DNA of 64,000 nucleotides from Podarcis erhardii (Eukaryota): NCBI GenBank assembly GCA_964252035.1, contig OZ176207.1. One strand, given 5' to 3'. The position numbers were made by a program, and so were the translations under genes. Numbering within the stretch: position 1 is the first letter of the stretch; the number at the start of each line of letters is the position of its first letter. Positions 12,116 to 25,662 of the stretch are shown here, piece after piece. Below the pieces are notes generated by a model. That model was not told the DNA's origin and made no database searches. It was given only the letters and a program-made list of their open reading frames with translations.

Positions 12116-12447
12116 TGAGAGTCCCATGGACTGCAAGAAGATCAAACCTCTCCATTCTGAAGGAAATCAGCCGTGAGTGATCACCGGAAGGACAGATTAT
12201 GAAGCTGAGGCTCCAGTACTTTGGCCACCTCATGAGAAGAGAAGACTCCCTGGAAAAGACCCTGATGTTGGGAAAGATGGAGGGCACAAGGAGAAGGGGA
12301 CGACAGAGGACGAGATGGTTGGACAGTGTTCGCGAAGCTACCAGCATGAGTTTGACCAAACTGCGGGAGGCAGTGGAAGACAGGAGTGCCTGGCGTGCTC
12401 TGGTCCAGGGGGTCACGACTAAACGACCAAACAACAACAGCAACAAC
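12116..12447 (+). mobile_element. Bov-B (RTE) LINE, 5'-truncated
   Basis: gagagtcccatggactgcaagaagatcaaacc... and the peptide KLRLQYFGHLMRREDSLEKTLMLGKMEG, with a (CAA)n tail. 11-bp TSD AATATCCTACT at 12105-12115 and 12448-12458. Confidence 0.92.
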
Positions 12448-13675
12448 AATATCCTACTACACTAATATTTAACACACCATTGTTTTCTATATGATGAAAT
12501 TCTGGGAGACTGAACCCAGGGAAAGGAAAGGGCAGGAAGCCATTCCCCACTGGCAAAGACAATACTTGGCCATTATATGGCACTTCTGAGTGTTAGGCCA
12601 GTGTTATTTATTGCACTGGTATTACAGATTTGCAGCTCAGAATGAGAAAAAGTGACATGCCTAATGAGGGCAAAAGTATATGTGGCTTTAAATGTTTTAT
12701 TACATTGAATGAGAATGCATTCTTAATGGAAATAGATGTCACTGGGGGAGCAGGATCATGACCATGGGTGCAGAGACAGTATCAATGGGACCATTCTTCT
12801 TCTCAGTGCAAATAACGAAGTGGGTTAGGATTTTTCTTGCAACCCTGCTCTTGCTGCCCCATCCAAGGGATCTATTTCCATTTTTAAATGCAATAAATCA
12901 TTTAATGTCACCCAAAAGAGCCAAAATTCAAATTACAAATTTCATGCCTTTCAGCTCATATACTTGGCCAATAAACTAGATTAGTTCTTACTTAGTATAC
13001 AGGTTTAATTCCTGATATCTCAAGTTTTTTTAAAACATCTAACAAAACTAGGCTGAGAAACACCTGAGCTGTTACCTACTGCTCATAAGGCTGGATAATA
13101 CTAATTAGATAGATTATTGACCCTGTTTAGTAAACACACAACTGATTTATGCAATGAGTAAAGACATATACTATTTCAGACACAGAATTAGAGGGCAGTA
13201 AATCAAAGTTCAAATATTTTGGGAAGGCTGGATTTCCCACAGATACTATTCTTTGAGAACTAAATAACCTTTCTAAGAGGCAAGAAGGTCAAGAAAGAAG
13301 CTCCGAAAGAAGCATTCAATTAAAACAAGATAACCAGCACAATCATGCAAAAATTGCTGAACAAGAAAATATATGAATATCTCAAATATTTGTCTCATGG
13401 TTGCTCTTTAAGCGCTTAAGCTCTTGTGGGACAAGCTGTTTACAATTCTCCTATTTCTACATGCATTTGCTTGTGACAGAAACAACCACATATACAAAAA
13501 GTGAAGTATGTGAACTCCCAAACCTCATTTTATCTGAAGAGAACAAGTATAAATGAGAGAATATGTCTCCAGTTCCATTTCTTCAGAACAAGTGCAAAAC
13601 AAATAATATCAATGGCATTAACGTCTAACTGAAAATATAAAGCGAAAAACCTTTGATTTGATAGCAAGACTTCAC

Positions 13676-16087
13676 CTGTATATTGGCTGAATCCCCATTA
13701 CTGTTTGCAATCTCTTCAGCAATGAGAAAGGGATCCCTTATCTCACAGGGCTGGTGACTGGTCATAGTATTGGAAATATTTCCCTTTGGAAATCCAAAAT
13801 TGCTCTTCCTGGAGTCTGTAGTGAGAGAAACCTCCTGGCAGTAGGAGTGCAGAAATGCTCGGACTCCGTCAATCCCCACAAACTGGGAAACTGGAACTCC
13901 ACTAAACTTCTCAGTTCCAGACTGTGAATATCTCCACCTATAAAGTTTAACTGCCAGTAACACAAGGAGGAAGATGAAGAACAAGCAGGAGACAAAAGCC
14001 ACTGCAAGGACCAGGTAGAAGGTGAGGTCAGACGGAGGCTCTACAGGAGCTGAGATGCTGCTCAGGTCTGAGAGGATTGCAGGGATGGTGTCAGCCAGCA
14101 CCACAGTCAGAGTGGCTGAAGCAGAGAGAGGTGGCTGCCCATTGTCCTTGACTAAAACCACCAGGCTTTGCTTGAGGGCATCTTTCTCCAGGAAGAATCG
14201 GGCTGTCCTGATCTCTCCCGTGTGGAGCCCCAGAGTGAAGAGCCCTGGCTCGGTGGCCTTGATCAGCTGGTAGGAGAGCCAGGCATTCTGGCCAGAGTCC
14301 GCATCCACGGCCACCACCTTAGTGACCAGGTAGCCTGGCTCAGAGGAGCGAGGGGCCAGCTCTATCCCTGTGGAACCATCAGTGGGAGGGGAAGGGTAAA
14401 GGATTTGGGGAGCATTGTCATTCTGGTCCAGGATGAGGAGAGTCACTGAGACGCTGGAGCTAAGTGGTGGAGAGCCCTCGTCCTGGGCCTTGACCAGGAA
14501 CTTAATCTCCCTCATCTCCTCATAATCAAAAGAGATCAGGCCATAGACAACCCCAGTCTCAGAGTTAATGGAGAGGAAGGAAGATACTGGGGAGACACTG
14601 ATGTTGTGCTCAATGATGGAATAAGTGACTCTGGAGTTCTCTCCACAGTCTGGATCATCGGCATTCAGGGAAAATATGGAGGCCCCTCTTGGGTTGTTCT
14701 CCATTAAATAAGAAGTATAAATGGATTGCAGGAAGTGTGGAGGGTTGTCGTTTGTGTCTAAAATCTCAAGTGGAATAACAATTGATGTGGAAAGTGGAGG
14801 GGCTCCATGATCCGTGACTGTGACAGTGATGTTGTAGGCTGCCACCTGCTCTCTGTCCAGGGCTCTTGCTGTCACCAAACTGTAGTAGTTGCCATAGGCT
14901 TTTGTCAGTAGAAAGGGGAGGTTGCTGGGGATAGAACATGTGACTTCTGCATTTTCTGCCGAATCCTCATCTTGCACATTCAAAAGGGCTATTGCAGTCG
15001 CTGGTGGAGAGTTCTCAGGGATGGAGCTGATAAGTGAAGCTATTTCCAGTTTGGGTGCATTGTCATTTACATCAGTAACAAATACTATGACAGTTGAAGT
15101 GTCAAATAGACCTCCACTATCATGGACTTGGACCTCCATTTCATAAAGAGCAGAGTCTTCGTAGTCTAAGCTTCCTATGAGAGTTATCTCACCTGTGTGT
15201 GTATCTAAGTGAAATATCTGGGAAATCTTTTCCGTCATTTTTGCAAATGAAAATGTCATTTCTTTGTTGGTCCCTTCATCCAAATCAGTAGCTTTTAATG
15301 TAACCACAATGGTTCCTATAGGCAAATCCTCCCTTCCGCTCACTTCATAAATGCGTTGGCTAAAAATTGGTGCATTGTCATTCACATCCAGGACTGTAAT
15401 GTGCAGCTGTGCAGTGCCACTCCTGACTGGATCACCACCATCATATGCGGTGATGATAAGATTATGAACTGCTTCTTTTTCATGGTCCAGAGGTCTTTCC
15501 AACACAATTTTTCCATATTGTTTGCCCTTAACTGATGTTTGGAGAATCAAAGAAAAATGGCTATTGTTGCTGAGTTTGTACCCCTGTAGAGAATTGTTTC
15601 CTAAGTCAGGATCTTGAGCTTCCAAGAGGGGAAACTGGGACCCCAAAGCTGCATTCTCGCTGATATTTATCACTAGTTTCTCTGACGGGAAGGTGGGCGC
15701 ATGGTCATTGATATCTGTGACTTCCACTTCAACTCCATAAATTTTCATTGAATCTTCAACTATAATCTCAAAATTCAAAATACATTTCTCTTCCTGACCA
15801 CAGATCTCCTCTCTGTCTATTCTCTTTGTGGTGTGCAAATGGCCACTCTTATAATTCAAAGCAAAATACTGAGTCCTACCTGGGGAAACAATGCGAATTC
15901 CACGATCTGAGAGCTCCTTTGCATCCAGTCCAAGATCCCTCGCAATATCCCCCACCAAAAAGCCTCTCTCAGTTTCTTCAGGAATGGAGTACTGGATCTG
16001 TCTGGTGATGGCTTGGCAGATGTTAGCAAACAGAAATAAAAAGAAAACTCTCCTTTTGCAAGCTTGAGGATACTTTGCTGTTGCCAT
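13676..16087 (-). CDS. PCDHGA: Protocadherin gamma variable exon V3 (gammaA-like)
   Basis: ORF 13625..16180 opens at a TTG; the first ATG is at 16087 (MATAKYPQ). GammaA hallmarks: [45 protein letters not shown]...[11 protein letters not shown]. Phase-0 donor CAG|GTGAAG at 13676/13675. Confidence 0.95.
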
Positions 16088-16268
16088 TCCTGGTCTGATA
16101 TGAAGCTGTTGAGGAGATCTGTGTTTCAGGATGACTGAGTGTTGCCAGAAAGGGACTTGCAGCTGAGATTCCCAACGCAAAAATGTTCACTCTGATCTCT
16201 CAGCATTTTCTGAGCTGAGCTGCTCATCTGGGAAGGCTGAATTTCTCAGTGTATTTCTTAGCCTTGGT

Positions 16269-16291
16269 TGGTCAACAGCGACACTCAGAGT
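16269..16291 (-). promoter_or_regulatory. CSE of the V3 promoter, intact CGCT
   Basis: Minus strand ACTCTGAGTGTCGCTGTTGACCA, about 180 bp upstream of ATG 16087. Confidence 0.85.
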
Positions 16292-16353
16292 CACAGCCAG
16301 GAACTGCACACACTACATTTTTTTGTTTCGATTCTCATTGTATATCCAACTCC

Positions 16354-16358
<5 letters not shown>

Positions 16359-16436
<78 letters not shown>
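16359..16436. repeat. Compound (TA)n(CA)n microsatellite
   Basis: Direct reading; it lies about 70 bp upstream of the V3 CSE. Confidence 0.95.
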
Positions 16437-17603
16437 ATGAGAAATATTTAAATACAATGCACAAATTAATTACTAACCCGTTTTATCACTAAATGTCATG
16501 CTTGTGTTTCCTTGCTCTATCAATTTAATGCATTTATTTGAGTCAATACACAAGACATATAATAGGATCACAGATTTTGAAGGTGATCTAGTCCAATCCC
16601 CTGCAATTCAGGAATCTTTCTGTCCCACATGGGGCTCAAACCCACATTAAGAGTCTCATACTCTACTGACTGAGGTATCCCACATAAGCGGGAATGCTGC
16701 TGATGTGCACACTGTTTCACAGATAAACAGAACCAAGTGAGTATTTATTTTAATTTATCATGAAACACCAAGTTATCCTTTGTAAGCGTAGAAGTGGATT
16801 CTTATTTGCTAGAAAAGGAGAGAACCCCAAAAACCAACAAGTCAGTTAAACCTCCCTTGGTAAGATTAAGTTTTCTACATAGGTATGTAATGGGCAACTC
16901 CACAGTTATCGCATAAACAAGTAAGGAAATTTGTACATAGGAATCCTAATGTTAGATGAAAGTCATGAAAATCTTATGTTTCCATGCATTTTCCCTAGCT
17001 CTTGGAACATTGACTCCTAAATATATATAGTATTTTAAAAACATTTTTACTGGAAATATGTGTGTCTTTTCAAGGCTCAATACATCACAGCATCTACTAG
17101 GAATTCCTCACAAAACATTATGAGGGGAGGGAACTTGTAAAATAATTTCAAAGTAAAACATTCTAAAACTTTTTTATATGAAAAAGGCAAACTAAGGGAT
17201 GCTTAATTAAACATTTTCTGAAAATTTATTTATTATAATTATTTTCTGCAGCAGAAGGGCTGGAATAATTCTTTTTTGAATCTTTCCTAAGTTGTTAGAT
17301 GTCTGTCAATCAGCATTTACGGAATGCATGTATCCAGAACAGTTCTTCTCGGTCCCTAGTAGGAATCTGGCTACTCCAAGAGTTCTCCTGTAAATGCAAA
17401 CTACACATGGTCCAGCTCTTTTGCGCCACAGCATCACAATGCTGACTCATATAACAGTATTCATCTAGGGTCTGCTCCCTCTGTCTTTCAGAAGTGCTAT
17501 TTTCTGTGCTTTTGATTATAGTTTCCTTACAAGTCCTTACAGTTGAATCTTTACAATCTGCCAAATTCTGGAGGTAAGGAACATTTTCAGAGAATCCCAT
17601 GCA

Positions 17604-17661
17604 CCTTCCTTCCTTCCTTCCTTCCTTCCTTCCTTCCTTCCTTCCTTCCTTCCTTCCTTCC
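17604..17661. repeat. (CCTT)n microsatellite
   Basis: Direct reading. Confidence 0.95.
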
Positions 17662-18034
17662 TTTTTTTCTTTCTTTCTGTTTACTGAGAGTACAATAAGC
17701 AGCAATGTTAAGATCTCTCCCGCTTCTACTTAGGCAGTGGTGGGTCATAAAAATCTGTTCACTGGTATTAGTTCCATAGCAGACCCTGCCTCCTGCCTTC
17801 TACTTGCTGGTGCCATGCAGAGCTCCTTCTGCAGCATTTGCTCCCCTGTGGCCAGAGCAGGATCTAACCACCAATGCAGGAACAATTACAGTAATTGCTC
17901 TACCAGCGCTTGGCATGGTATTGGATCCAACAGCGTGAAAGAGGTTTGTTGGACACCATAGGCTGTGTACACACGTAGCCTCTAAAATGCACAGGGGAAA
18001 TCCCCCCCTTCACTTTGTACGTGGTTGTTTGCAG

Positions 18035-18078
18035 TTCTTCTTCTTCTTCTTCTTCTTCTTCTTCTTCTTCTTCTTCTT
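18035..18078. repeat. (TTC)n microsatellite
   Basis: Direct reading. Confidence 0.95.
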
Positions 18079-19248
18079 TACAAAGAGAGGTGAAGGAACT
18101 CCCAAAGTTGTTGAGCTTCTTTTTGGGAGCCGTCAAAAACACACACCACACCAACTACCTTAAAAAGAGCCCCAAACACACACCACGCCAAGTCCCAATC
18201 CATCCCAGGTCTGCCGGAATGCTCAGGAGAGGTGCTACTGAAAACAAGACCTGGTTGTTTGCAATTTCACACACCTTTGTGCAATAACATCATCCAAAGT
18301 AGCAGCTACTCTCTGTATTGTCTGTACACAGGTGGGCATGTTTTCAAACTAGTGTGTAATGAAGTTCTGTGCTCCCCTCCCCATCAGTACTTCCTATTTT
18401 CACATACCTTTTAAAAAGCACATATTTTTCAGTCTTTTGAGAGGGGGTTGGAAACTGATGTGTTGATATACATATACATATACATATGTTTATGGAGAGA
18501 GCTAAGTTGCTGTACTGCTCCGTTTTTGTTTTTGCCTCTTTCATTCACAGACAGGTTAAACAAGGTGAGGAGCAGTGGCACAGCCATGCAACATCAGTAG
18601 ATCTGCTCCAATAGGAGGTGACCTAAGAAAGCATTCTTGGTCTACACATGCATGCAACAAGTGCTTGAGAAGTACAATCTTGGCACAAAACAGATTATAA
18701 TCATTCCAGAAGGATACACCTAAAATGACAAATAGTGTGGGACAGGGCTGACATCGGGATGACGTGTGCACAGCACCCCCAAAAGGTGTATCTGAATCCG
18801 GCACTGAATGCACATTATCATGCAGTTTGTACACACCATTACTGGTATATTTGAACTCATATGCTCTAGATGAAGGAGGATGTCAAAGGATTGCTAGATT
18901 AGAGACTTTGGCAATTAAGTAGTATATGAAAATACATTAAATGAAAAGATTGTGATAATTACATTATGACGGCCAGGAACTGAGAGCAATAGAAAGACAA
19001 AGTAAGAGAATGATACAAGAAATCAAGATATCTAATTCAGAAGGATTTTATGATACTGTAGAGGTTTCCTTGGAAAATAACAGAAGTAGTTTGGTTTTGA
19101 TTTGTCCACATTAATGGTAATAGCCCCTATTATTGTTCTGTATAATAGCCCACAAGATGCAATTTCCCCCCATTAATTAAATTTTCATCTTACGGTCTGT
19201 CTCACAACACCACACAGCATACCCATGCACAGAATTCCATTCCATGAA

Positions 19249-19870
19249 AACATAAGAACAGTCCTACTGAATCAGACCAATGACCTATCCAGTCAAGCAT
19301 CCTGTCTCCCACAGTGGCTGGCCAGATTCCTCTCAGAAGCTCCATTCTTGGACCACAGCAACTAAAATCAGGGGCACAATGCCTCTGGGACTAGAGGTAA
19401 TATTGCCACCATGACTACAAACCAGTGATGGCTTTATCCACCATAAATTTCTTTATTAAATTTACATCTTGCCATTTTTCCTGTAGGAGCCCTCATATGA
19501 TCTAATTCTCCTTAAAGCCACCAAGTAGGGGGTGATCACTGCATCTTGTAGTAGCAAATTCCATAGCTGAACCATAAGGTGAACTATAACTTACATTGTT
19601 ATAAAGAACAAAGAAACATAACATAAGAAGAAGCCTGCAATATTGGTCCAAAGGTGGAGCTTGTCCAGCACTCATGGAGGCCACCGGAAGCCCATGAGAA
19701 GCCCCCAAGCAGAACATGAGCACAACAGCACTGCCACCACCTGTGATTCCATGAACCTCAGACTCACAGGCATATAGCCTCTGGCAGTGGAGGCAGAACC
19801 TAGACATCATGGTTAGTAGCCATGGAATTTGTGTAAATCGCTTTTAAAGCCATTCAGGCTGTGGGCTATC
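19249..19870 (-). mobile_element. Two adjacent degraded CR1-like 3' fragments
   Basis: Each begins on the plus strand with aacataagaa (reverse of a TTCTTATGTT-type CR1 tail), followed by ...gaatcagacc...ccagt/ccagca...catcctgtctcccacagtggc. Confidence 0.55.
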
Positions 19871-20375
19871 ACAGCCTCTTGTTAAGTTATGAGAGAGAGA
19901 AAACTTTTCTATTTCTGCATTTTCCACACTATGCTGAAATCTATGCCTCTCAATTATGTCCTTCCTTATTTGCCTTTTCTCCCCTAAACTTAAAAATAAA
20001 AAATGTCATAACCTTTTTTCATAGGGGAATTACTCCACCCACCTGTCATTGTGCTTGCTCTTTCCTGAACATTCTTCAGTTTTATTTTTAATTCCTTTCT
20101 TAACAATTTCTACCATGGTTTTCACCTTTTCCACATCTGTTTTACACTGTGTCAATATCTTCATCAAGCTATCCACTATGACTCCAGGATCTTGTTCCTA
20201 GTCAGTCACCGCTGATGACAAAATATGTGAAAAAAAATTTATTTGCACTTTCTTACATGGGGTCTTACATTGAATTGCTGTTACCTTATTATTGATATCT
20301 ACATTAGTACGGAAAACTCAAATTCACCGCACTCTTCCATTTCATTCATAATTACTAGAAGTTAAACCATAACAA

Positions 20376-20732
20376 CAGGGACGCGGGTGGCACTGTGGGT
20401 TAAACCACAGAGCCTAGGACTTGCCGATCAGAAGGTCGGTGGTTTGAATCCCCGTGACGGGGTGAGTTCCTGTTGCTCGGTCTCAGCTCCTGCCAACCTA
20501 GCAGTTCGAAAGCACGTCAAAGTGTAAGTAGATAAATAGGTACCGCTCCTGCGGGAAGGTAAACAGTGTTTCCGTGTGCTGCTATGGTTCGCCAGAAGTG
20601 GCTTGGTCCTGCTGGCCACATGACCCGGAAGCTTTACGCTAGCTCCCTTGGCCAGTAAAGTGAGATGAGCGCCGCAACCCCAGAGTCGGCCACGACTGGA
20701 CCTAATGGTCAGGGGTCCCTTTACCTTTACCT
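20376..20732 (+). mobile_element. Sauria SINE, full length
   Basis: tRNA-like head gggacgcgggtggcactgtgggttaaacc with a B-box-like ggtttgaatccc and an (acctttt)-type tail. 14-bp TSD TTAAACCATAACAA at 20362-20375 and 20733-20746. Confidence 0.92.
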
Positions 20733-21120
20733 TTAAACCATAACAAGATCAAGACTCACCTGAACATAATTTTCAGCTACATTGAAAATGCCCCTGCCAT
20801 TGCAACTTGAAGGCTTGTAAAAAAAATTCTCTACATTCTGAACAGCAGGTTCTAGTAATATAATTTCATGTTTTTCTCGTTCTCTCATGTACTAAATCAG
20901 GTAGGTAAGAGGAAGACAAGCTAAAAATATTAGTTTTACTCAGTGCAATTTGTTTAGGCAAAGAGGTGCCTACTTTGTTCTCTTATAATGGCAAAAGAGC
21001 CTACCTGAGAGGCGCCAGAACTGAGTGCTGGTGCATTCTGACAGAAAGAAAGGATTGATTTTATTCCTACAAGGATCAAGCCTGTGCTGCCAACATCACA
21101 GTTCCGAAAGCAAAGCTTAC

Positions 21121-23550
21121 CTGCTCACCAACCTCCTCTTTGGCATTGGTATCCCCACAGTTGCCATCCACAAGAACCACCTGAGAGCTATCATTGCATA
21201 GCAAGTTTTCTGCCACCTGGATATGGGGTTTCGGGAAAGAGATCTGCTCTTTCCTCATCTCTGACGATAGGCAGAGTTGGTAGGGATAAGGTAACGTTCC
21301 TTCTTCATAGTTTGGTGGAAATATGACCTGCGCCTTAGAAAAAGCATTAGGTTCAAAGCATTGGAATAATTTGGGATTTCCTGATTGTCGAAGTTTCATG
21401 ACAATGACCAGTATCACCGTCAGGAGGAATAAAAATGAGATCAATGCCAAAGCCAGCACCAAGTAAAACTGGAGGTCAGAATGATGCTCTGTGTCACTGG
21501 ATTGCCTAGTCATTTCTGGAAGTGCCTCTTGGAAGTTCTCGGCAATCACAAGGTTGAGGACCACAGTAGCTGAGAGAGGAGGCTTCCCATTGTCCTTCAC
21601 CAAGATGACCAGCTTCTGTTTCACAGCATCTTTCTCCAGAAGGGCTCGTGACGTCCTGATCTCTCCCGTGTGGGTCCCAATGGTGAAGAGGGCTGGCTCT
21701 GTGGCCTGCAGCACTTGGTAGGAGAGCCAGGCATTGTGCCCAGAGTCCGCGTCCACAGCCACCACTTTGGTCACTAAGTAGCCTGGCTCTGCCGAGTGAG
21801 GAACCATCTCAAACAAGGCAGAGCCCTCAACACCCGGGACAGGATACAGAACGCGAGGGCTGTTATCGTTCTGATCCAAAATGTACACCCACATGGTGGC
21901 ATTGTTGCTGAGAGAGGGAGAACCGCCATCTTGGGCCTTCACTTGGATCTGAAACTCCCTGAATTGCTCATAGTCAAAGGAGCGCTGTGCATAGATAGTT
22001 CCCGTCTCAGAGTTGATGGAGACGTAAGAGGAGAGAGGCAGCTCCTCCATGTTGCTGTTGAGGATGGAGTAAGTGATACGTGAGTTGCGGTCCAGATCTG
22101 GGTCCGAGGCTTTGATGGAGAAAATGGAGGCACCTGAGGGATTGTTTTCTGGCACAAAGACACTGTAGGTTGATTTTTCAAAGGCAGGGGGGTTGTCATT
22201 GATATCTGAAATCTGCATGGAGATGGTTTTGTTGGAGGAGAGAGGGGGGCTACCTTTGTCGGTGGCTGTGATTGTGATGTTGTATCCTGAGGCTTTTTCT
22301 CTGTCCAAAGGACTGTCTGTAAGGATTTTGTAGTAGTTCTTAGATACAGACTCTATTTTAAATGGTACGTTACCTTGTAGATGGCATGTAATTTTTCCAT
22401 TTTCACCAGAATCTTTATCCTTTACGTTGATGAGAGCTATTACTGTTCCAGAAACAGAGTCTTCAGGAATTGGACTAGATAAGGAGGCCAGAATGATCTC
22501 TGGGGCATTGTCATTCTCATCTATAATCTTTATATCAACATTACAGTGAGCCACTAATCCGCCTCCATCTCTTGCTTCAACTGCCATAGTGTACTTCTCT
22601 GTTTCCTCAAAGTCTAGAGCTTCCTTAATTGTAATTGTTCCACTTTGTGGATCTAGTTCAAATATTTGGTGGGCTGTCTCTGGGATGTTATTAAAAATAT
22701 AACTAATATGTGCATTTAGACCTTCATCCCTATCAGAGGCTTTTACTTGGAGTATTGGGGACCCCACAGGAGAATTTTCCCTCAGGCTAACTGTATAAAC
22801 TTTTTGAGTGAAGACTGGTGGGTTGTCATTGGCATCTGTGACATTAATCCATATCTGGGCAGTCCCAGTTTTTCTGGGTTCACCCCCATCCAAGGCCGTA
22901 AGGATCAACTGAAGCGAGTGCTCACTTTCCCGATCCAAAGATTTTTGCAACACCAATTCTGCATATTTATGGCCATCTTCTCTCTGTAGTATGTCTAGAA
23001 TGAAATAGTGATTTGGACTTAGCTGGTAATTCTGGAGAGAATTAATACCAATATCAGGATCTTCAGCTTTCCCAAGGAGAAATCTGGCACCTGGTAATGT
23101 GGATTCAATTATTTGAAGCCCAATATTGCCATTTATGAATTGTGGGGCATTATCATTAATGTCCTGAATTGCTACACTTACATGGAAAACATTCAATGGC
23201 TTTTCCACCACAGCTTCAAAATCAATAATGCAGTGTGTGCTCTCTCTACACATTCCCTCACGATCTATCCTCTCATTCACATACAGGTTTCCATTTTCAG
23301 CATTGATAGTGAAATATGGCTTTTTACCTTCAGAAATGATATGCAGCTTTCTGCTCTTCAGTTCTCTGGCATTCAGTCCTAGATCCTTGGCAAGATTTCC
23401 CACCAAAGACCCCTTTGCCATCTCCTCAGGGATGGAATAGTGAACCTCTTCCAAAACTGCTCCACAAAACAAAGATGAAAATATCAGAAGTGTTATATAC
23501 CTCCCTGGTGTTTGAAAGCTCTCTCCATGAAGGATTCCTCTCATCTTCAT
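21121..23550 (-). CDS. PCDHGB: Protocadherin gamma variable exon V4 (gammaB-like, B2 group)
   Basis: ORF 21076..23574 opens at a GTG; the first ATG is at 23550 (MKMRGILH). Six cadherin repeats, TM and EGTLPYPY. Phase-0 donor CAG|GTAAGC at 21121/21120. Confidence 0.95.
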
Positions 23551-23793
23551 TTTCCTCTTCTCTTTGATGAGCACAGGATTTCAGATTTCCACCAAGACAG
23601 GAGATTTTCCCCAGTAAAAAAAAGAACTGGATCTTTTGGCTTAATTTGTATATGCTGCAGTGTTTTCTTTTTTCTTTCTCAGCTGAAACGTTTTTTCCAG
23701 CGTCTGCTGGTATTCCCGATGTGCAGTTTGGGACAAAGAGATCTCTCTGCAGAAAGCATCAGTGGAACTTCAGCTGCTCTTGGATTGCCGCCT

Positions 23794-23816
23794 TGTCCAA
23801 CAGTGACACTGTGAGT
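23794..23816 (-). promoter_or_regulatory. CSE of the V4 promoter, variant core CACT
   Basis: Minus strand ACTCACAGTGTCACTGTTGGACA, about 245 bp upstream of the ATG. Confidence 0.8.
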
Positions 23817-24260
23817 CTGAAGCAGAGAACTGCAATCTTTTCCCAGTGATTTTTCTTCCCTAATTCATGACATGGCATGGTGGTATTTATATTTAATGAC
23901 TCAAACTATATTCTGATACAGGATATGTGAACCCTCTTCTGTTATAAAGCAGAAATATTTGTGTTTTGTTTGTGTTATCTTTTCACTAGTATTACAGGTA
24001 AAAAAAAATAAACTTCAAAGGAGTATTTGCAGTAAAGAACAAGCAATAAAAACATAGTATAGATTCACTTCCTCCATTTAAAGCACTTACAATTTTTACA
24101 AAGAATATCAATCTGTAAACCTCTCTAAGAGAAAAATTGAATTTCTCTAGTGGATTTCTCTATGAAGTGTTACGGTGTATAAAGAAAAAGACGATGGGAG
24201 AATTGAGGAAATTATTTTATTCAAGGTTTTAAAAACCTCCAAGGAAGGAGAGAGAGAATG

Positions 24261-24370
24261 ATGGAATCTTAGAGTTGGAAGGGACCCCAGGGGTCATCTA
24301 GTCCAACCCCCGGCAACGCAGGAATCTCAGTTAAAGCATCCATGGCAGATGGCCATCCAACCTCTGTTTA
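24261..24370 (-). mobile_element. CR1-like 3' fragment
   Basis: gaatcttagagttggaagggacccc...ggtcatctagtccaaccc...gatggccatccaacctctgttta, typical of amniote CR1 3' ends in reverse orientation. Confidence 0.6.
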
Positions 24371-25662
24371 TAAATTGAATTAAGTGCAATTCAAGTGTTC
24401 AATGTGCTTTAAGTGTCTTCAGCTGGTGTAGTGTAAGAAACAGAATAGTAATGCAGTTTATGTCCTGCATTTGGCATGAACTCAGCAGGTTCCTTTAAGT
24501 AAGCCACACTTCCCTCAAGGCTCTTCCTGCAGTATGGGAATAATTGCACTAATACTATATAATATTATACATTATAAGTATAACCCGGGAGGTCATGTAG
24601 CTGTTCTGACAAATCCTGGATATTTGAGGAACTTTACTCAGCTTTAGCTCCAGACCTTGCCTGCAATCTTTTGCACTGCGCTGGTGGTGGTGATAGGGTT
24701 TGGATTGGTTGAAGCTGTTCCTCAGCCAAGCCCTACCAGCCTCTACTGGCCTCTACCCACAGGGGGTCACTCTGCTGGGGCAGAATTGCCTGTTCCCTCT
24801 GCCAAATGTATGCTTGGTTAGAAGTCATGCCAGTGGGATCTCCACTCATGGCAGCTGATGAAAAATTCTGAAAGGGGCCAAGGACAGGGAGAGACAGGAG
24901 CCAGTCCCACTACTGTCCTGGGATGGCAATGGGCCTGATGTGGGTCTAAGTGAGGTGCCCCTGCACCTTCTGCCCAGACCAGCAGCAATGCTGCCGATGT
25001 GACAGTGGTCTCTTTGCTCTGTTATGCCTCACGACACCCAAGCCAGGATTTGGATAGAAGCCTTAGTCATGGTTATAGCTGATCCACGAAAATCAATGTG
25101 GTTTAACTCAGTAATAGCTAACTTGTCAAGTTGATTTCAATGCTTCGGCTCTATGTATGGCCAAGTCTGGATCCAGCCCACTATATACATAACCCTAAAT
25201 AATACATATAGCTTCCAAGATAGCCACAATTCACATTTCTTCAGCAAAAGCAGCCTCTAAGCAGTTTACAACTATAAAATAAATATGATCAACTAGTTGT
25301 GCATAAAGGGCTTTAATGTATCCCCAGCTAAATAATCAATATCCACGCCCTACTCTAGAAGACCACTGCCAATTAGTTTTGACCTGGTGGTGGATTTTAT
25401 ATCACACATACTGAAACATGATTGATCTACACAATACAGGTAAAAAGAAAAAAAAGTGTGGTCTATGTTTGCCTCCACACTCCAGCATGAAGCCAGACAC
25501 AGTTAATGGTTTTGTCTATGTGCCACAACTTATTTACTTACAAGTCTGATCTACATATGATTAAATAATACTACTTCTACAACCTCAGTGATGACATACT
25601 TAATGCCAAGATGGAGGCTAGGAACTGTCTTTTCTGCCAGACACATTAAACAGTTGTCGCCA

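Noticed and set aside
12199-12465. 88-aa ORF as a host gene
   Set aside because: It is the C-terminus of Bov-B ORF2 in a 5'-truncated, TSD-flanked copy.
16088-16180. N-terminal extensions from TTG/GTG starts given by the ORF track for V3, V4, V6 and V8
   Set aside because: A downstream ATG directly precedes a normal signal peptide in each case, and nothing supports near-cognate initiation.
10642-18287. Low-complexity ORFs (poly-I, YIYI, GRKE, poly-E/poly-S)
   Set aside because: Translations of microsatellites.
24756-24771. CTCF-like CCCACAGGGGGTCAC
   Set aside because: Only the AGGGGG core matches; the 3' CGC/CAC module is misregistered. Too weak without a PWM score.
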